Source: Nemertoderma westbladi
Taxonomy: Eukaryota > Animalia > Xenacoelomorpha
DNA: 37,792 nucleotides
Assembly (NCBI GenBank): GCA_032718475.1
Contig: JAUCBJ010001354.1
Location: 1 to 37,792 of the forward strand
Direction: 5' to 3'
The notes beneath the pieces are model-generated. The model ran no database searches. It worked only from the letters and a program-made list of their open reading frames with translations, and had not been told where the DNA came from. Shown in pieces: positions 33,666 through 37,792 of this stretch. A program made the position numbers and the translations under genes. The number at the start of each line of letters is the position of its first letter. Position 1 is the stretch's first letter.

Positions 33666-33833
33666 GCAAAATTGGCAATGTTAGAGAATCTGAAGTTGGA
33701 ATTGGCCATAAAAGACGAAGAGATTAAAGACCTTGAGAAAAAAATCGATGAAAACCGCTTGAACATCAAAGCCTTGGAAGAAGCAAGAGATAAAGCGATG
33801 GCGAGAGCGAGGGAAATGGTAGAGGAAAAGGAG
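33666..33833 (+). CDS. Coiled-coil gene, exon 7 (no terminal exon identified in the window)
   Basis: CACTTTAG|AKLAMLENLKLEL...VEEKE|GTAGGT; 168 nt, phase 0-0. Exons 1-7 join to 333 aa without a stop. Confidence 0.78.
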
Positions 33834-35208
33834 GTAGGTTCAGACTGTAGGTAAAGTGTTGGCTGTTCCGTAATAAGACATAATTTAACATACATAATAA
33901 TTAATAATTTTATTATGACATAATTTCGTTAAGTGAAAACCTGGGGAAACGACTGATAATGGTAATGATAAAAAATGTTTTTTTGCTGTAAATTATTGGT
34001 ATTTAATTACTTTGCCAGAATAATCTGACGATACTTAATATAATTGGGAGTGTAAGACCATTAAATAACATTATTGCAACCAGTAGTTATTTCCTTTTTA
34101 ATAGATTTATCGTTAAATCTTAATGCGAACTATAATTTGCATACACAATGTATTTCTATGTATCCCCATACCCCCCCCGCACACCAGATGTGTTATCGAT
34201 TGCTAATAATGGTAAAGTTGAGTTAGCCAAGACATTGTCTCTCGGAGGTAGTTGTACACATGATGGATTGCGTGTCAGCTGTGGCAAGACGTTATGTATA
34301 TACCAGCGGTTTACCGCGGTCAATAATCATATATACAAACCGTTATTAAAAATCCTTCAGCGAGCCTGGATAATCTTTGTTTATAAATTAATAACATTAG
34401 TTAGTATTGTCGCACGGCGGTAATAGGATAGCGGTAAGTCTACAGTACATACATAGGGGTACTACAGTATAGTTCAATTCATCTTTGTATATTTAACACG
34501 AAATATATAAATATATATCACGGTCCATATACAGTAGTGTAAATGCTCTGTCCTTTATTACATGTTTGTGTGCAAACACAAGCGCAGTTCTCTTTTGACA
34601 AGGTCAAAGTACATAATATGTAAGTGATGTCGTGTGTACAGTACCGTAGGCATATAATAACTATATTAATTGTAATCTATATACTGATCTTATACTGTAT
34701 TTATAAGGACCCAGATATGACACGTTGAATTTTTCTTTCCTAAGTATATGCCTTTAAATATTACACTTTTTTTCATTTTATAAACCTATTTGAATTGTTT
34801 GTAGTACTACAGTACTATATATTTCAGATATAGATTTTAGATATAGGCTTTATTTTAGATAGAGATCTAGGATTTCGGATATACTGTAGGCTTCGATTTC
34901 AGTTTTACTTTCACTTTCATTGCCACGAGTACAATATGACAATATATACAATGTATACAAGTTCCTTTAAAGTGATAATGAACAAGAAGTTGTATATAGG
35001 TTTTATATTCAAGTATTTTGTCTTATAGTAATGGTTGTAATGGTTTAGTGTCTCCCTTTAAATTCATGAAAAATTTACTGATATATTAATTATATTTAAG
35101 ATGGAATAAAATTCATAAAGTACTGTAGGCCTACATTATTTAAGTAGTGCAGGATTATCGTCACTTTTCACTATTTTCGTTATTTATTATATCAAAACTG
35201 AAGTTGTA

Positions 35209-36411
35209 ATGGCGCCGGAGATAAAAGGAAAAAAATATAAAAAACCGAAAAAGTCAGCATTCAAAGCTGCGTCTCAGAAGGTGAAGTTATTTAGGGCCAA
35301 TGATCCAATACTGAGTGTCTTCATGTGGGGGGTAGACCACACAGTGACTTCCTTGAAGCATGTGTCCATACCTGTTATGTTGATGCGAGACGATTTCAAA
35401 TCCTTCCAGAAAGTTGGTGTAGACAACCACTATTTCAACAAAGACTGCATGCCTAGCAAGTTTAACATTAAAGAGTATTGCCCTCTGGTGTTCCGTAACT
35501 TACGAGAAAGATTCAATGTAGGTGAGCGGGAATACCTGGAATCCTTGACAGCGTTCCAACCCGTCCAACAGAAGCATCTGTACAAAACGGGCCGCAGCGG
35601 CTCCACGTTCTACGCCAGTCACGACAGAAAGTTCCTAATAAAGAGTGTCTCCGGGGAGGACGTGGCCGAGATGTTCCGAGTGATAGAAGAGTACCACAAG
35701 TACGTGGTGCAGCGACAGTCGACCACGTTGCTACCCCAGTACCTCGGAATGTATCGGATTACGGTCGACGGGAGCGAGCACCACCACATCGTAATGCGGA
35801 ATATATTCTGTCCGCCGCGCGTCAGAATCCATAAATTGTACGACCTCAAGGGTTCCACCGTGGACAGGAACGCGAGCGATAAGGAACTGGAGAAACATCT
35901 ACCCGTACTCAAAGATAATGACTTTATTAAAGATCCTGTTCGTATTTTCATAACTGATGAAGAGAAGGTAGACCTGCTTGATAAGCTGAAAAGTGATGTT
36001 GATTTTCTATCAGAGAATAATTTGATGGATTACTCTGTGTGTCTCGGCGTCCACGAGTTAGATAGAGAGGATGATGAAGTGGATGAAGATGATGTTTTCG
36101 ATTACTTTTCCGATACTGAAGGAGAGGAAATTGATGAGCCCTTCTCTCCTCTAATAGAAATTAATTTATCTGGTAACCCCTACGCTATAGAGTCTACGAG
36201 CGAGGCTGCATCTCGTGAGATATACTTTCTCGGTTTGGTCGATATTTTATCGCCTTGGAACGCGAAGAAAGCGGCTGCCTTGGCCGCCAAGTCAGTGAAG
36301 CACGGCGTTGGCGCGGAGATATCAACTGTCCGACCGAAACAGTACGGGAAGAGAATCCATGAGTTTATCAGTAAGGTCGTCCACGGCTGTGTCGAATCAT
36401 CCTCCGGGTAA
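35209..36411 (+). CDS. PIP4K2: Phosphatidylinositol 5-phosphate 4-kinase type 2, single-exon ORF of 400 aa
   Basis: QKVKLFRANDPILSVFMWGV, KEYCPLVFRNLRERF, GRSGS, YDLKGSTVDR, LMDYS, DIL...AAKSVKHGVGAEISTV. Confidence 0.95.
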   Translation: MAPEIKGKKYKKPKKSAFKAASQKVKLFRANDPILSVFMWGVDHTVTSLKHVSIPVMLMRDDFKSFQKVGVDNHYFNKDCMPSKFNIKEYCPLVFRNLRERFNVGEREYLESLTAFQPVQQKHLYKTGRSGSTFYASHDRKFLIKSVSGEDVAEMFRVIEEYHKYVVQRQSTTLLPQYLGMYRITVDGSEHHHIVMRNIFCPPRVRIHKLYDLKGSTVDRNASDKELEKHLPVLKDNDFIKDPVRIFITDEEKVDLLDKLKSDVDFLSENNLMDYSVCLGVHELDREDDEVDEDDVFDYFSDTEGEEIDEPFSPLIEINLSGNPYAIESTSEAASREIYFLGLVDILSPWNAKKAAALAAKSVKHGVGAEISTVRPKQYGKRIHEFISKVVHGCVESSSG

Positions 36412-36710
36412 TTCGATTAGACAAACTTAAATGTTTCGAGGTGTAATTCATTCATTTACTTACAATGAGGTATCGAGATTTATTACTACAGTAATTACTT
36501 TTAATAATAGCAAAATATGATAAAAGCAGTTTAAAGGAAAGACTTAATCTCTAAGTTATTATTTATTGCTTATAAAATTCACCGATAACCATCGGCCATT
36601 GGTTTCCACTTATTCAACCATTTTTCATATAAGGATTGAGTGTTAAATACTTAATTATTACTACAGTAATATGAAGGTAATACTGTAGAAGTACAGTAAA
36701 AGTAATATAA

Positions 36711-36910
36711 GGCGGGGTATACTGTAGCTTAGTTGGTTGAGTGCTGGACCCACAATATATTGGTTGTACTGTAGGTTCACACTCAGCCTTTCATCCACTA
36801 GGGTCGATAAAATGAGTACCAGTGGAATTACTGGGATAGGAGTAGTGTCCACCCCTTCCTTCGGTTGCAGCTATCGAGAGGGGAGCCTTCGGGCGGACTG
36901 GCCTGTAATA
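36711..36910 (+). mobile_element. Second, more decayed copy of the SINE at 32135
   Basis: Same head and GCCTTTCATCCACTAGGGTCGATAAAATGAGTACCAG; internal deletions and two TACTGTA insertions. Confidence 0.8.
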
Positions 36911-37114
36911 ACATAATGTACTATATTACAAGACTTCAAGTAAATTCTTTTTTGTAACAACAGTGGCTTTATAGAAATATACTGTACATGCGTTGATGGA
37001 GCGATACTTAGTTAAATTGTGGCTGGTAAACGAGTAAAAGTAGTCCTATAATGGAAAATTGTAACATTTTTTATTTGAGCATCGCATTCCGGTGGTACGT
37101 AAAACTACCTACCT

Positions 37115-37792
37115 CTACTACTACTACAGTAGGTCGAGCGAACTCGGACAGTGGAAATGAGATCCTTCCAGGCTTCCCATTCTCCATAGTTGTCGCAATT
37201 TCGTTTCTCCCAAGTTCAGTATCCCTTTCAAGTTGATCTATATATGTTATGGCCGGTCGTCCACGACTACGCTTTCCATGAGTTGGTTGCCAGAAAGTAC
37301 TGTAGACCTCGTTTACTTCTCCATAAGTGCCCACTGAATCTTAATCTGCGTTCACGGAGGGTGGTTGATACAGGTGGTATTGTACCATAAAGCTCGGCGT
37401 TTATAATGTGTTGTCTCCAACTGATATTTAGGGCTGCCCTTAGTAGTCTTATGTAGTAACCATCAATTCGTTGTCCAGGTCTTAGCTCCTTAACAGCCCT
37501 TTCCACTTTATTCAGTGAAATTCAATGAATTTGCTAGCATATTAGAGAGCAGGGCGATGTCATCCGCAAAGTCTGTGACTGTAGTTGCCGGATATCTACT
37601 ACTTAGAAGCATTCTTGTAGTGTGAATCCCAGATCTTCACCCTTTGTGGCCGTCCTCATTGCGTAATCCAGCACAATTACAAATAGTAATGGCGCCAATG
37701 TGTCACCTTGCAGTACGCCAGCCAGGATTGAGAAAAACTCAGTTTCACCATCTGGTGAGAGTACCTGAGCTTGTGAGTCACAATATAACAAT
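37115..37792 (-). mobile_element. RTE-clade LINE, same family as 29323-30212, internally deleted, running off the window end
   Basis: GVLQGDTLAPLLFVIVLDYAMRTATKGEDLGFTLQE. High DNA similarity to the 29.3-kb copy; (TAG)n tail at about 37115-37126. Confidence 0.95.

Noticed and set aside
34148-34423. Next exon of the coiled-coil gene
   Set aside because: The phase-0 reading after the CACCAG acceptor stops within 13 codons and lacks coiled-coil character; cannot be fully excluded without RNA data.

Overview
AT-rich eukaryotic (invertebrate animal-like) genomic DNA with GT-AG introns and many transposon remnants. Genes: (1) an intronless 1640-aa CFAP74 on the minus strand; (2) a convergent, inverted pair of two-exon paralogs, each a Crypton-type tyrosine-recombinase (YR) domain lacking catalytic residues, spliced to a ~340-aa low-complexity exon, plus a third partial copy; (3) the first seven exons of a coiled-coil gene (FAM186-like N-terminus, tentative), including a candidate 6-nt microexon; (4) an intronless PIP4K2 that appears to lie inside an intron of that gene. 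Intergenic DNA holds several fold-back MITEs, RTE and CRE-type LINE fragments, tRNA-derived SINEs and three minisatellites. The most notable signals are the apparently domesticated, catalytically dead YR pair with patchy gene conversion, and a heavy load of TA-x-TA words (TACWGTA, TAGGCCTA, TACCGGTA). Comparing repeat copies inside the window shows TACWGTA arising as insertions at TA sites, matching Tc1/mariner excision footprints. Exon boundaries and counts were determined by eye; no database searches were run.
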